A DNA stretch of 64,000 nucleotides from an uncultured Eubacteriales bacterium (GTDB taxonomy: Bacteria; Bacillota; Clostridia; Christensenellales; CAG-917), in assembly GCA_900549225.1 (NCBI GenBank), contig URNP01000004.1, forward strand, positions 3,931-67,930, written 5' to 3'. The first letter of the stretch is position 1. Every line of letters starts with the position of its first letter. Below the pieces are notes generated by a model. That model searched no databases, was not told the origin of the DNA, and saw only the letters and a list, made by a program, of their open reading frames with translations. Positions 51,748 to 61,226 of this stretch are shown here, one piece after another. Made by a program: the position numbers and the translations under genes.

Positions 51748-52092
51748 AATAAGCGCGCCAAATCGATGCATAACGAGAAAGCACCCCTTGACCGACAACC
51801 CTAATTTACTATGCGTAAATGAGTTGGCAGGCATTGAATACTGCCAAATCATAGACTAAATAAGCGCACCAAAGCACTGCATAATAAGAAAGGCACGGCT
51901 TGAGCCGAAACCCAACGCACAAGGCGTACGTGATTTCGGAGCAAGTCGTGTTTTATATAGTAAAAATAAGTGCGCCAAATCGATGCATAACGAGAAAGCG
52001 CCCCTTGAATGACAACCCTAATTTACTAAAGCGTAAATGAGTTGGCAGACAAGGGGCACTGACAATGTTAGGCGCGATTTGGTGCGCTTATT
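51748..52092 (+). repeat. composite of one full, one truncated and one degenerate copy of a ~120-nt structured intergenic repeat
   Basis: The string AATAAG(C/T)GCGCCAAATCGATGCATAACGAGAAAGC.CCCCTTGA...CAACCCTAATTTACTA..GCGTAAATGAGTTGGCAG occurs at 51748 and 51965. A degenerate left half lies at 51858. The full copy (51965-52092) has 18-nt terminal inverted arms and nested stems. Confidence 0.8.
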
Positions 52093-52663
52093 TGGCATAT
52101 CCCGAAAAACGGAATTGCGGCACACCATACCCCCCTCTCATCGACTCGTTGGCATCTGCGACTTGGCGCATGATGCGGCGAGAAAGACGATCGGGAGACT
52201 TGAGATTCTTGACGAGATAGGGTTGTTGAGCGTCGGAAACGATGAGAAGGCTGCCGACACCGACGAGACGTTGGAAAAAGTTTTGCTTGGTTTCAACCAT
52301 TTTTATCTCGCAAAGAGGGATTACGACTGAACGAACGTTGAAAATCCCTTCTCTGAAAACCACTTTGTCGGGCGTAAGGACGAGTTCTTTTGAGTTGAAA
52401 CGCACGGTTTCGATGACGAGGCTGGCGAGAACGATTACGCCCACGCCGAGAAGCACCCAACGCATCACGTCGTCGGTGAGATATTGCGCAGGCTCGGTTT
52501 TTGTGAACAAGCCTTCGATTTTGTCTTTGAACACCCAAATCACAGCGGTGAGTCCGCCAAGAATTACGGCAAGAAGGACGGTGCGCAGATAAATGCAAGC
52601 GGAAAACTTGCCTTTTGCCACCACTCTTTCGATTTTTGAATACTTCTTTTCAAGCGTCTTCAT
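52088..52663 (-). CDS. bacterial PH-domain (bPH_2, YdbS/YdbT-like) membrane protein
   Basis: Two N-terminal TM helices, then ..DKVVFREGIFNVRSVVIPLCEIKMVETKQNFFQRLVGVGSLLI.., which is typical of bPH_2. Confidence 0.75.
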   Translation of the reverse strand: MKTLEKKYSKIERVVAKGKFSACIYLRTVLLAVILGGLTAVIWVFKDKIEGLFTKTEPAQYLTDDVMRWVLLGVGVIVLASLVIETVRFNSKELVLTPDKVVFREGIFNVRSVVIPLCEIKMVETKQNFFQRLVGVGSLLIVSDAQQPYLVKNLKSPDRLSRRIMRQVADANESMRGGYGVPQFRFSGYAK

Positions 52664-52674
52664 AATTCACCTTC

Positions 52675-54645
52675 TTATTTGAGGCATTTGGGGAATTTTG
52701 CAATTCTCGTGAGCGTACAACCGAAAGGAACGTACGTTCTTTCAAGGCTTTCCTCGGAGAAACTGCATTTCTTGGGAATCTGCTCGAAGCCGTTGACGTC
52801 ATACTCCCAGTTGAGAACGTTTTTGGAACGGATTTTGAGTTCAAACGGAGCCTGTCTGAACGGTACGTTTGAAATCTCGTTGACGACCACTCGCTCTTCC
52901 TCAAACAGTTTTCTGCTCGCTTTTTTGGACAAAACGGGCGTAATATTCCACTTTTTCGTGCATTTGACGAGGAGCGTGCGTCTGTCGCTTGCGTCTTGCC
53001 TTATTTCGTTTGGCAATTTGAGCGCCATAAGCAAGTTGCCTTTGAACAGGCTGCGAGTGCCGTCCTCGTTGGTTTCGACGGTGAGAGGAATGTTCATTTT
53101 GAGCATAAACGTGCTTCCCGCTTTGAGTATGCACTTGACGGAAATCTCTCTCGTGCCGCTTGCCACTATCTGACCGCCCGATATGAGTTGCATATAAGTG
53201 TTTTTGGGCACACGGAAATTGATTTTCACTTCCGGCTCGCCGTCCGCCTTTTCGACCTTGAATACGACGGCGTTTCTGAAAGGATATCCGGTCCGCTCGG
53301 AAATCGTGAGATTGCTGCCGCCTACGGACACGTCCATAACGCACGGCGTGTAGGTGAGAAAATTGAGTTCCTCGTCCTTGACCATACAAGCGGTTTGCAT
53401 ATAAAGAGGATATGCGCTCAAAAGCGCGATTGCGCCTCTTGACACTTTTCTCGAATAGAAGGCGTTGTCCGCGTCGGCATAAGGCAGTTTTCTTGACTGC
53501 GACGCTTCGGTCTGATTGACGTAAACGGTGTCCTGAACAGCCGAGCAATCGTCAAAGCACGCCCCCGATACGAGATTGAAAACTATACGTTCAAGTTTGT
53601 CGACGAGCGAATAATCTCTCGTTTCCTTGACGACTTCGACAAGGGATTCTATCATCTCCACGCTCGCCTCGACGTCAACCGCACTTACGCCTTTTGCGCC
53701 TGCGATTCTCGGTGCGCAAGCAAACATACCAAGCGGCGTTCCGTGATATCTGTCAAGCGCGTCAACAAGTTTGAGCGACAGATTTTTGAGGTTGTCGTCG
53801 CCTATGAATCTTCCGTATACGGCAGGGTATTTCACTGCTTTTGCAAGGTTGACTCCGCTCGTTTCCACCGCTCGTCTATGCTTCTTTTTCTGCCATTGTT
53901 TGTCAACGTAGACGGGCGTAAACGTCTTGCGCTTCTTTTCGTCGGTTTGCACGGATTCAAACGTTAAAACCTGTTTTTGTATATATTTAAGCGTCGATTG
54001 TGAGATATAGCGCTGATACGGCTTTTTGTACGGAAAGCGCGCGGCAAGCCTGAACCAGTCGTTTGAACTGTCGCGCAATTTCTCTCCGAGGTCTTGCAAC
54101 CATTCAAGGTCGGTCTCTCTGTACACCGCCTCGATTGCGCCGATTTCTTCAAGCAGTCTTGCCCTCGAATCGTACCAACTCGAACTTACGGAATAGGTGT
54201 TGAACTGGCTCTTGAAAAACTTTTTCAAGAACGGCAAAACGCGCTCGTTGTCTGTGGCTTCGTAATAGGTGAGCAAGGTCTTGACCGCTTCGATTTTCGG
54301 CGTGAGCGACAGAGTGTCTTTCGGTCCGAAATCTCCGCCTTCGTTTGCGCTCGAAAAAATGGGCGTCATATAACTTGACACCTTTTCTTTGAGCGTTTTG
54401 TCGTCGAGCGCGCACGAGAGCAATATCAACCCTCTTACGTACCGTGGCAAACTCTCCGCGCCGTTCCACTCGCCGTTTTTCACAAGTCCCGAAAGCGAGC
54501 CGATACGCTTTTGAAGATTGCTCACCAAAAGCATCTCGTCAAGCAACCAGCCTTGAGGTTTTATTGCGCCGAGCGGCAGTTTTTTGAGGTTTTTGTCAAC
54601 GGATTTTGCCAAAATTTCACCTTTTCGTATGGCTTTGCCATACAC
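52675..54645 (-). CDS. large cytoplasmic hypothetical protein, possibly six-hairpin glycosidase-like (DUF1680/GH127-like); function uncertain
   Basis: A 656-aa ORF without a signal peptide. The N-terminal ..LPLGAIKPQGWLLDEM.. motif is reminiscent of beta-L-arabinofuranosidase-like families. I cannot verify the catalytic residues. Confidence 0.55.
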   Translation of the reverse strand: MYGKAIRKGEILAKSVDKNLKKLPLGAIKPQGWLLDEMLLVSNLQKRIGSLSGLVKNGEWNGAESLPRYVRGLILLSCALDDKTLKEKVSSYMTPIFSSANEGGDFGPKDTLSLTPKIEAVKTLLTYYEATDNERVLPFLKKFFKSQFNTYSVSSSWYDSRARLLEEIGAIEAVYRETDLEWLQDLGEKLRDSSNDWFRLAARFPYKKPYQRYISQSTLKYIQKQVLTFESVQTDEKKRKTFTPVYVDKQWQKKKHRRAVETSGVNLAKAVKYPAVYGRFIGDDNLKNLSLKLVDALDRYHGTPLGMFACAPRIAGAKGVSAVDVEASVEMIESLVEVVKETRDYSLVDKLERIVFNLVSGACFDDCSAVQDTVYVNQTEASQSRKLPYADADNAFYSRKVSRGAIALLSAYPLYMQTACMVKDEELNFLTYTPCVMDVSVGGSNLTISERTGYPFRNAVVFKVEKADGEPEVKINFRVPKNTYMQLISGGQIVASGTREISVKCILKAGSTFMLKMNIPLTVETNEDGTRSLFKGNLLMALKLPNEIRQDASDRRTLLVKCTKKWNITPVLSKKASRKLFEEERVVVNEISNVPFRQAPFELKIRSKNVLNWEYDVNGFEQIPKKCSFSEESLERTYVPFGCTLTRIAKFPKCLK

Positions 54646-54676
54646 CTTGCTTATTATTATAAGTTAGCACATAAAA

Positions 54677-54705
54677 TTGACAAATGCAAGTGAAAGAATT
54701 ATCAT
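54677..54705 (+). promoter_or_regulatory. promoter candidate for apgM
   Basis: TTGACA (54677-54682), a 17-nt spacer, then TATCAT (54700-54705). AAGGAGAAA RBS precedes the ATG at 54726. Confidence 0.5.
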
Positions 54706-54725
54706 ATCCGCAAGGAGAAACAAAA

Positions 54726-55970
54726 ATGAAATACGTTCTCGTGCTTTGCGACGGTATGGCGGATTATCCCGTGGACTCGCTCGGCGGAAAAACGCCACTC
54801 GAAGCCGCTCATACCCCAAATATGGATTCTCTTGCGCAGACCGCTCAAATAGGACTTGTGAAAACCATTCCCGACGGCATGACCCCGGGAAGCGACGTGG
54901 CAAACCTCGGCACACTGGGGTTTGACGCGCGCTCTTGCTATACGGGAAGAAGCCCCTTGGAAGCCCTTTCTATCGGCATAGATATGAAAACGGACGACCT
55001 TGCCGTGCGCACCAACCTCGTTACGCTCTCGGACGACGAACCGTTCGAGGACAAAATTATGATCGATTACAGCGCAGGCGAGATAAGCGACGACGAGGCG
55101 CGCGAACTTATGGCGTGCGTGAAAGACAATCTGTCGTCGGACGGATTCAAGTTCTACACGGGCGCAAGTTATCGCAACTGCCTTATCGCATCCCACCAAA
55201 AAGCCGAGGACGATTTGACTCCTCCCCACGACATAAGCGAACGGCGAATCGGCGAGTACCTTCCCAAAGGTCCGCTCGGCAAAGACTTGACGTCGTTTAT
55301 CTACAACTCGTATCAACTCCTCAAAGACCACCCCGTCAATCTGCGCCGCATAGCGAGAGGAGAAAACCCCGCAAACGCTATATGGTTTTGGGGAGAAGGC
55401 ACGAAGCCGTCTATTCCTAACTTTGAAGACATATACGACAAAAAAGCCGTGATGATAAGCGCGGTGGATTTGCTAAAAGGCATAGCCGTCGGTTGCGGAA
55501 TGACCTCGATTGACGTCGAAGGCGCAACGGGCACGCTCGACACCAACTTCGAGGGCAAAGCGCAAGCCGCAATAGACGCGCTCGACGACGGAGCAGATTT
55601 CTGCTTCGTACATATCGAGGCAACGGACGAGTGCGGTCATCAAGGCGACGCGGAAGGCAAAATAAAAGCAATCGAATTTATTGACGAGAAAATCATATCT
55701 CCAATCGTGTCGCACTTTGCGAAAAACGGCGAGGATTTGACGATGCTGGTTATGCCCGATCATTACACCCCCGTGAGTTTGCGCAAACACTGCTCAGACC
55801 CCGTGCCGTATATGCTTTTCTCGACGAAAATCGCAAAAGCATACGATTCGATTTGCACGGGCAAAGAAGAGTTGTTTATGCGCACGTTCAGTGAAAAATC
55901 CGCAAAAGAAAGCGGCGTGTATTACGAAAAACCGTGGCAACTTATAGACAAGTTTTTCGGCATAGAATAA
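54726..55970 (+). CDS. apgM: cofactor-independent phosphoglycerate mutase, archaeal type
   Basis: MKYVLVLCDGMADYP..LGGKTPLEAAHTPNMD.. and ..HIEATDECGHQGD.. motifs of the ApgM/COG3635 family. Start trimmed to the RBS-supported ATG at 54726. Confidence 0.9.
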   Translation: MKYVLVLCDGMADYPVDSLGGKTPLEAAHTPNMDSLAQTAQIGLVKTIPDGMTPGSDVANLGTLGFDARSCYTGRSPLEALSIGIDMKTDDLAVRTNLVTLSDDEPFEDKIMIDYSAGEISDDEARELMACVKDNLSSDGFKFYTGASYRNCLIASHQKAEDDLTPPHDISERRIGEYLPKGPLGKDLTSFIYNSYQLLKDHPVNLRRIARGENPANAIWFWGEGTKPSIPNFEDIYDKKAVMISAVDLLKGIAVGCGMTSIDVEGATGTLDTNFEGKAQAAIDALDDGADFCFVHIEATDECGHQGDAEGKIKAIEFIDEKIISPIVSHFAKNGEDLTMLVMPDHYTPVSLRKHCSDPVPYMLFSTKIAKAYDSICTGKEELFMRTFSEKSAKESGVYYEKPWQLIDKFFGIE

Positions 55971-56053
55971 GCACGACTCAAAGCGGGATATGAACGGTTT
56001 TGCAGTGCTATTCGCATAAAAAACTCAACTTTATAAAATCAAAACGAAAATGC

Positions 56054-56086
56054 AAAACCGACGTTTAACACGTCGGTTTTGTGTTT
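56054..56086. terminator. intrinsic terminator between convergent apgM and a membrane-protein gene
   Basis: AAAACCGACG (56054-56063) pairs with CGTCGGTTTT (56071-56080). T-rich tracts follow on both strands. Confidence 0.75.
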
Positions 56087-56174
56087 ATAAAGCATCGTTT
56101 TTGTAATTATTTGAAAATTGCTTGGTTATCGTTTTTGCGTTTATAACGCAGTTTCAAGCATATATGCGAAGCGA

Positions 56175-56816
56175 TTATTGTTTGTAACTATGCTCGGTCA
56201 CGGAATCGGCAACGGACTTCTTTTTCTTCTTTCCGTCAACGAATTTGTGCATCTCGACTTTATACTTTTTGCCCACCGCTTTGCGTACTTGTTTCATTGC
56301 GAATTTTGTGATTTTGAACACGAGTTGCACAAGTGCGACGAAGAACGTTGCGGCAAACACGATCCACTTAACCAGGCTCGTTTCGCCCGTTGCGATACCC
56401 GCCATTGACACTGCGGAAATGGCAAGGAAAAACACGTTGACAAACGCCTTGAATATGCCGAGAATCTTCTTGTAATTCTTCACGTTGGTTTGCAGTTTCT
56501 TCTTGTCCTTGAACGTGAGCACGACAAGCGCCACGAACGTAATAACAAGCACAACGAGCATCGGTATCAATGCGTAAGCGTAAGCGGAATCAACCCACTT
56601 TTTTGCGACGAACGTGCAGGTTGACACGATTGCGTAAACGGTTGAGACGATCGTCCAAACGACGCTCAACCTCTGCACGACGGACATACCTTTGTCCTTC
56701 TCTTCCTGCTCGACGACGGCTTGCGCCGCTTGAACTTCCTCTTGCGAATACTTTTGGTCAACAGGCTTCACTTCTTGCGTTTTTGGCGAAAAAATCGCCT
56801 TTTTGTCTTTTGCCAT
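56175..56816 (-). CDS. hypothetical 4-TM membrane protein with Lys-rich termini
   Basis: A 213-aa ORF with four hydrophobic helices. I recognise no family. Confidence 0.65.
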   Translation of the reverse strand: MAKDKKAIFSPKTQEVKPVDQKYSQEEVQAAQAVVEQEEKDKGMSVVQRLSVVWTIVSTVYAIVSTCTFVAKKWVDSAYAYALIPMLVVLVITFVALVVLTFKDKKKLQTNVKNYKKILGIFKAFVNVFFLAISAVSMAGIATGETSLVKWIVFAATFFVALVQLVFKITKFAMKQVRKAVGKKYKVEMHKFVDGKKKKKSVADSVTEHSYKQ

Positions 56817-56862
56817 AAAATCCTCTTTTCCGTTTGATAATTTTGATTATACACCAATTGCG

Positions 56863-59800
56863 TCAACTTGCAATAGTGCCGTTGTCCATTCTTCCAATAC
56901 GTGAATTGGCTTGCTTGAAGCAATACGTAGTATCTTTTATTGTACCACTTGACCAAGTGCTGTTGGTGTGGGCACAATCATTCTTCATCGTAGCATTTTC
57001 GAGGTGCCCGATAATCGTACCCATTCTGGTTTTTATATTGCGCACATTTCCACTGTTGCCTACGTTCAATGTACTATCTCTGAAATCGCAGTCAGACACT
57101 CTGCCGCCGGGGCAATATCCGACAACACCGCCTACAGAGCGTGCATTACCTTCCACGTAATGCGTAACGGTTGATTTTGAAGTATACGTACTTGTGATTT
57201 TGCCTGTATTATATCCGACACAACCGCCCATATCCCCGTTTCCGAAAACAGTACCTATAAAAACGGACAAACCGATATCTTTGTAATTTGCACCGACCAA
57301 ACCGCCAAGGAATGATTCATTGCGATTGCATACAACACTACCTTTTGCACCTACGTTAAGAAGGCTACCACGATTAATTCCCGCGACGCCTCCGACATAT
57401 ACCGCCGTATCGCCATGTTTAGGATCGCTTGTTATATCTACACTCACATAAAATCCCGTAACTTTCGCAGTGCTCTCCACAACGCCAAAGAATCCGAAAT
57501 TTCTACTTCCCGTGATACTTGCAGGTATCGCAATCTTTATACCCGATACTGTTTTTAGACTACCCTTTAGTGTTCCTTTGAACGAAGGAATCGGCACCCA
57601 ATTATCACCTAACGTTGAAACGTCTATATCGTTTTTTATCGTAATCGTATCAGAATTGTGATTGCGGATATTGTATAATTGCAAGGCATTATAAACATTT
57701 GTATCGGAGCATTTTATCGTTTTTTGTATACCCGAAATAGAACGAGTGGCAACGCTGTTCTGATACTTGTTCTTGAACGAAACGCTTACGACTTTTACAA
57801 CGGTATCGCCTACTGCGCGACGGCTGTATAAATCTCTTAAGAAACTGATCGCGCCGTTGGTGGTTGTTCCGTTGTAAGAAAAGGCACCATTTGTGTTCCT
57901 TCCTGTTACAGAATAGTTTATTGCGGTAACAAAAGATGATTTTGAGAATGAAAAATCAATTTTATTGACCAAATCAACGTTTGCAATGCCAATCTCACTC
58001 TCATTGTATTCAGTGTTTACACTCAACACAATATTGCCGATACCTTCTGCGCTGATTGTCAAATGCGAATCCAAATCTCTGTCAGATGACAATGTCAACG
58101 TTCTGTTCACAGTGTCAAAGCTCACCGTGTTCAACGTGCGATTGCTGAGCGAATCCGAAGTAAGGATCAATCCCCTATAACAATACTTACCATTCACATA
58201 AAGATTGACTTGATATGTGTTGCCTCTTTGCAACAAATAGGTGCCTGACGAGGACGGCGAAATCAAAGAGCCATTGTTTGAAATGCGCCACGAGAAAATA
58301 TCTGCGGTATTTTTTGCGACGGTCGGAATCAATGTGTTGCTTTGCTGTGTATACACACCAATATAATACTTCTTTCCGGGAGTCAAATTCCTCAAACAAA
58401 GATATCCGTCCGACTGATAAACAAAAGCACCCGGCTCAACATTTTCATTGAAAACAAAATAACTTACGTTTTGCGCATTTTCAAACGTAATAATATATTC
58501 GTCATTTGCAGAACTTGAGGAAGGCACAGTAAACGTATGATACTCAACATTTACACCTGCAACGAACGAATCATTTGTGCCGAGATTCCACGTGTTGTTT
58601 ACTTTTGTTGCAGTAATGTTTGCCGTGACCGCTCCGCTCGTTCCTTTTATTGCAATATAATACGCTTTCCCTTGTTTACACAACGCCGATATCGTTTGAC
58701 TTGCCACAAACGACGAATTCAATGTTCTCGCTCTCTCCAATGTTCCGCTATATTGATTGGTCAGCACATTTTGGACTGTTGCGTTGTTTGCAGAAAAATT
58801 GTAAATACCGGTTTCTTTAGGCACGAATTTGACAATGTTGACAGTATTGTTTTTCACCGTTACGGCTTCGGTATTCCCCGTCATTTCTTTGACGTCGAAC
58901 TTAAACTTGCCGATTTTCGATGTTATTGCCGTATTCTTCAGCAAAATCGCATATTGTTGATTCGCAGTGAGCGACAAAGAATATTTACCGTTGCTTTTTG
59001 TGATCTTGCTTCCATTTAGATACAAGTCAATGCCGTCTTCCAACGATTCAACGATATACGTTCCTGTATATTGCGGCGAATAAGAGAATTTGTGACTGCC
59101 AAGTGGGAGCATATAGTAATCCGTTTCGCCGATAGACGTAATCGTATGCGCTTGAGGATTGCCCAAATCATAATATGACGAGGGAGAAGCCACAGCACCC
59201 ACTTTTGTTCTTCCCGTTGTTTCATAAATATCGGCACCTACCGAAAACTCAAATTGAGAAAACACATCTCTACCATCGGTGTGAGAATAACTGAATTGTG
59301 CCCTTGCGTGATCACCTTTTCTGAAATAAGCGACATCATCGCTTTCAGAAGGCTTCAAAATGAGGTGTGCTGCGCGAATCAATGAATTGTATTTATTGAT
59401 TTGAGATTGTCTTGTGTTTGGCAAATATTGCGCACTATAACCATAACCTTCATTTGATGAGTCATAAGCAATGGGACAATGAATTGAAATCATAGCATCG
59501 TTTATTGACATCACGTCCATCAAAATAGTAAAAAGTGACGGCGGTTCAAATGTCCATAAGTCCTTTGATTTTAAAAAGTCTATACCTGATTGTAGCATTG
59601 CAGACGGCAATTCTTTGACCCCGTCTTTATATCCAAGAATCCCATATCTTGTGCAATCATAATAATAATTATTTCCAATAAAGAAATACCCATAATCATT
59701 GTTTGCATTGTAAGTCGGATCACCGATATTAAAATCATTCTGATTGCGGATCTGTCCTGCAAAAGATATGTTGCCAAGCATATAATCATTAGACTCAGCA

Positions 59801-60522
59801 TATCTCAATCGTTGTTGAGTGGTAAGCGCATCTGTGAATGACTCAACTCTTGCCAACGGCACAACCGCAGATGAAATGCCGTTGAGCGCAAGATTGCATA
59901 TAATATTGCTTGCGCTAGCAGTTGAAACCGGTTCCAATGTTATTGACGTGGACTGTGTAATATAAGCAAAAGGCAGGCTAATCCCGACCTCAATGTTGAT
60001 ATCTGCAAGATAATCGGATACGTTGCCCGATACGTTCAAAAATATAACTGTGCTTTTTAAAACTCTGTCGGTCATCCTCTCTGTTATAACAACAAAACCA
60101 TATGCTTTACCTACAAATATTGTTTTATTCTCGTATGTAAACAATACTCGTGGGACCAACTTGACAATATTATCATCGCCTGTTATCTGTGCATTGACTA
60201 TAGAGTTTGCCCCTGAAAAGCGCGAATTATTTGAAAACAGCGCACCTTGCACAAGGTTTACATTTTGTCCCCTGTTAATAACGGCGTAATGATAACCATC
60301 AGCAAGTGTATTAAAGTCACCAATATAATCATCTAAACTGACACCGTTTGGAGCTTTGTTGTTTGTATAGTTGCGACATATTTCATCAATAGAATCTTCT
60401 CCACTATCAGCATACGCAGTTTTAGATCCCAACTCAAAGGAAAGAATCGATGCTAGTAACATAAATGACAGTACAATAATCAATCCCAACTTCAAGTAAC
60501 CATTAACATTCGTTTTTTTCAT
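56863..60522 (-). CDS. secreted 1,219-aa surface protein with C-terminal GLUG-motif repeats
   Basis: Signal peptide (..LASILSFELGSKTAYADSG). Four GLUG-like motifs (VGGVAGINRGSL, LGGLVGANYKDI, MGGCVGYNTGKI, VGGVVGYCPGGRV) at aa 1040-1145 (nt 57088-57405). The gene sits in a low-GC segment. Confidence 0.85.
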   Translation of the reverse strand: MKKTNVNGYLKLGLIIVLSFMLLASILSFELGSKTAYADSGEDSIDEICRNYTNNKAPNGVSLDDYIGDFNTLADGYHYAVINRGQNVNLVQGALFSNNSRFSGANSIVNAQITGDDNIVKLVPRVLFTYENKTIFVGKAYGFVVITERMTDRVLKSTVIFLNVSGNVSDYLADINIEVGISLPFAYITQSTSITLEPVSTASASNIICNLALNGISSAVVPLARVESFTDALTTQQRLRYAESNDYMLGNISFAGQIRNQNDFNIGDPTYNANNDYGYFFIGNNYYYDCTRYGILGYKDGVKELPSAMLQSGIDFLKSKDLWTFEPPSLFTILMDVMSINDAMISIHCPIAYDSSNEGYGYSAQYLPNTRQSQINKYNSLIRAAHLILKPSESDDVAYFRKGDHARAQFSYSHTDGRDVFSQFEFSVGADIYETTGRTKVGAVASPSSYYDLGNPQAHTITSIGETDYYMLPLGSHKFSYSPQYTGTYIVESLEDGIDLYLNGSKITKSNGKYSLSLTANQQYAILLKNTAITSKIGKFKFDVKEMTGNTEAVTVKNNTVNIVKFVPKETGIYNFSANNATVQNVLTNQYSGTLERARTLNSSFVASQTISALCKQGKAYYIAIKGTSGAVTANITATKVNNTWNLGTNDSFVAGVNVEYHTFTVPSSSSANDEYIITFENAQNVSYFVFNENVEPGAFVYQSDGYLCLRNLTPGKKYYIGVYTQQSNTLIPTVAKNTADIFSWRISNNGSLISPSSSGTYLLQRGNTYQVNLYVNGKYCYRGLILTSDSLSNRTLNTVSFDTVNRTLTLSSDRDLDSHLTISAEGIGNIVLSVNTEYNESEIGIANVDLVNKIDFSFSKSSFVTAINYSVTGRNTNGAFSYNGTTTNGAISFLRDLYSRRAVGDTVVKVVSVSFKNKYQNSVATRSISGIQKTIKCSDTNVYNALQLYNIRNHNSDTITIKNDIDVSTLGDNWVPIPSFKGTLKGSLKTVSGIKIAIPASITGSRNFGFFGVVESTAKVTGFYVSVDITSDPKHGDTAVYVGGVAGINRGSLLNVGAKGSVVCNRNESFLGGLVGANYKDIGLSVFIGTVFGNGDMGGCVGYNTGKITSTYTSKSTVTHYVEGNARSVGGVVGYCPGGRVSDCDFRDSTLNVGNSGNVRNIKTRMGTIIGHLENATMKNDCAHTNSTWSSGTIKDTTYCFKQANSRIGRMDNGTIAS

Positions 60523-60535
60523 AATATCGCCACCC

Positions 60536-61120
60536 TTATTTTCTAAAACATTTAGCTACGCTTAAACTATAATCGGTGCCATCTTCTAACACAATGTTTG
60601 ATTTCAAATACACGTTAAAAACGCACACGTTTTTTTCGTCCGCTAAATCCTTATATGCACCGCAAGAAACATCCTTGCCGCCTTGACAAAGCAAAAGCAT
60701 TTTAGGATGATCATCATATATTGTCTTGTTGTACTTTATAGTGGTAGCGGAGTCGTTTAACATTATTGCTTTCTTTCCTACCGTAACAGATGTTCCGATT
60801 TTCATCATCAATCGCTTTACCTCCGCAAGCAACTCAGAATTATACTCTCCTTCAGCATTTTCATTTGTCGCCGGATCCTTGTATATAAACTTGCTTTCAT
60901 CAACTGATACAATTTGCCAATAGTTGATTATACATTTTTCTACATCTTCTTCAATATGGTTGATCCATACATCGTACGTATCATCTGCAAATTGATTATA
61001 AGTGCCATAAAAGTTTTTGATTTTGTACTCTTCAGGCACTTGATTGCATGCTGAAAGCGCAATCGCAGAGATTGTAAGCACGATTGTCAGCAAAATTGTT
61101 GAAATTTTCTTTTTGGTCAT
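60536..61120 (-). CDS. small lipoprotein, unknown function
   Basis: Canonical lipobox (AIALSAC), a GGAGG RBS, and only 13 nt upstream of the GLUG gene, so probably one operon. Confidence 0.8.
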   Translation of the reverse strand: MTKKKISTILLTIVLTISAIALSACNQVPEEYKIKNFYGTYNQFADDTYDVWINHIEEDVEKCIINYWQIVSVDESKFIYKDPATNENAEGEYNSELLAEVKRLMMKIGTSVTVGKKAIMLNDSATTIKYNKTIYDDHPKMLLLCQGGKDVSCGAYKDLADEKNVCVFNVYLKSNIVLEDGTDYSLSVAKCFRK

Positions 61121-61157
61121 TGAATCCTCCTTAAAATTTAATTTGTAAGATACATAT

Positions 61158-61196
61158 ACGCGTCGTCTGCAACGAGATTATGTGCGGACGACGCGT
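61158..61196 (-). terminator. hairpin downstream of the esterase gene (weak terminator candidate)
   Basis: ACGCGTCGTC (61158-61167) pairs with GACGACGCGT (61187-61196). No strong U-run follows. Confidence 0.4.
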
Positions 61197-61226
61197 ATTT
61201 TCTCAAAAAGGTTTCGTTTTCGGGTT

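Noticed and set aside
51748-52092. The possibility that the clustered repeats form a CRISPR array.
   Set aside because: The repeat units are ~85-130 nt, internally structured and contiguous or irregularly spaced, not 25-40-nt repeats separated by unique spacers. No cas genes are present in the window.
52037-52330. Small ORFs overlapping the structured repeats: the 97-aa plus-strand ORF at 52037..52330 and the 61-aa minus-strand ORF at 63160..63345.
   Set aside because: They have no RBS. They span repeat and terminator sequence or overlap the bPH gene on the opposite strand, and their 'conservation' is explained by the nucleotide repeat itself.
56817-61226. Annotating the low-GC segment as a mobile element or genomic island with defined ends.
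   Set aside because: No integrase, transposase, tRNA target or flanking direct/inverted repeats could be found by eye. Only the compositional shift is supported.
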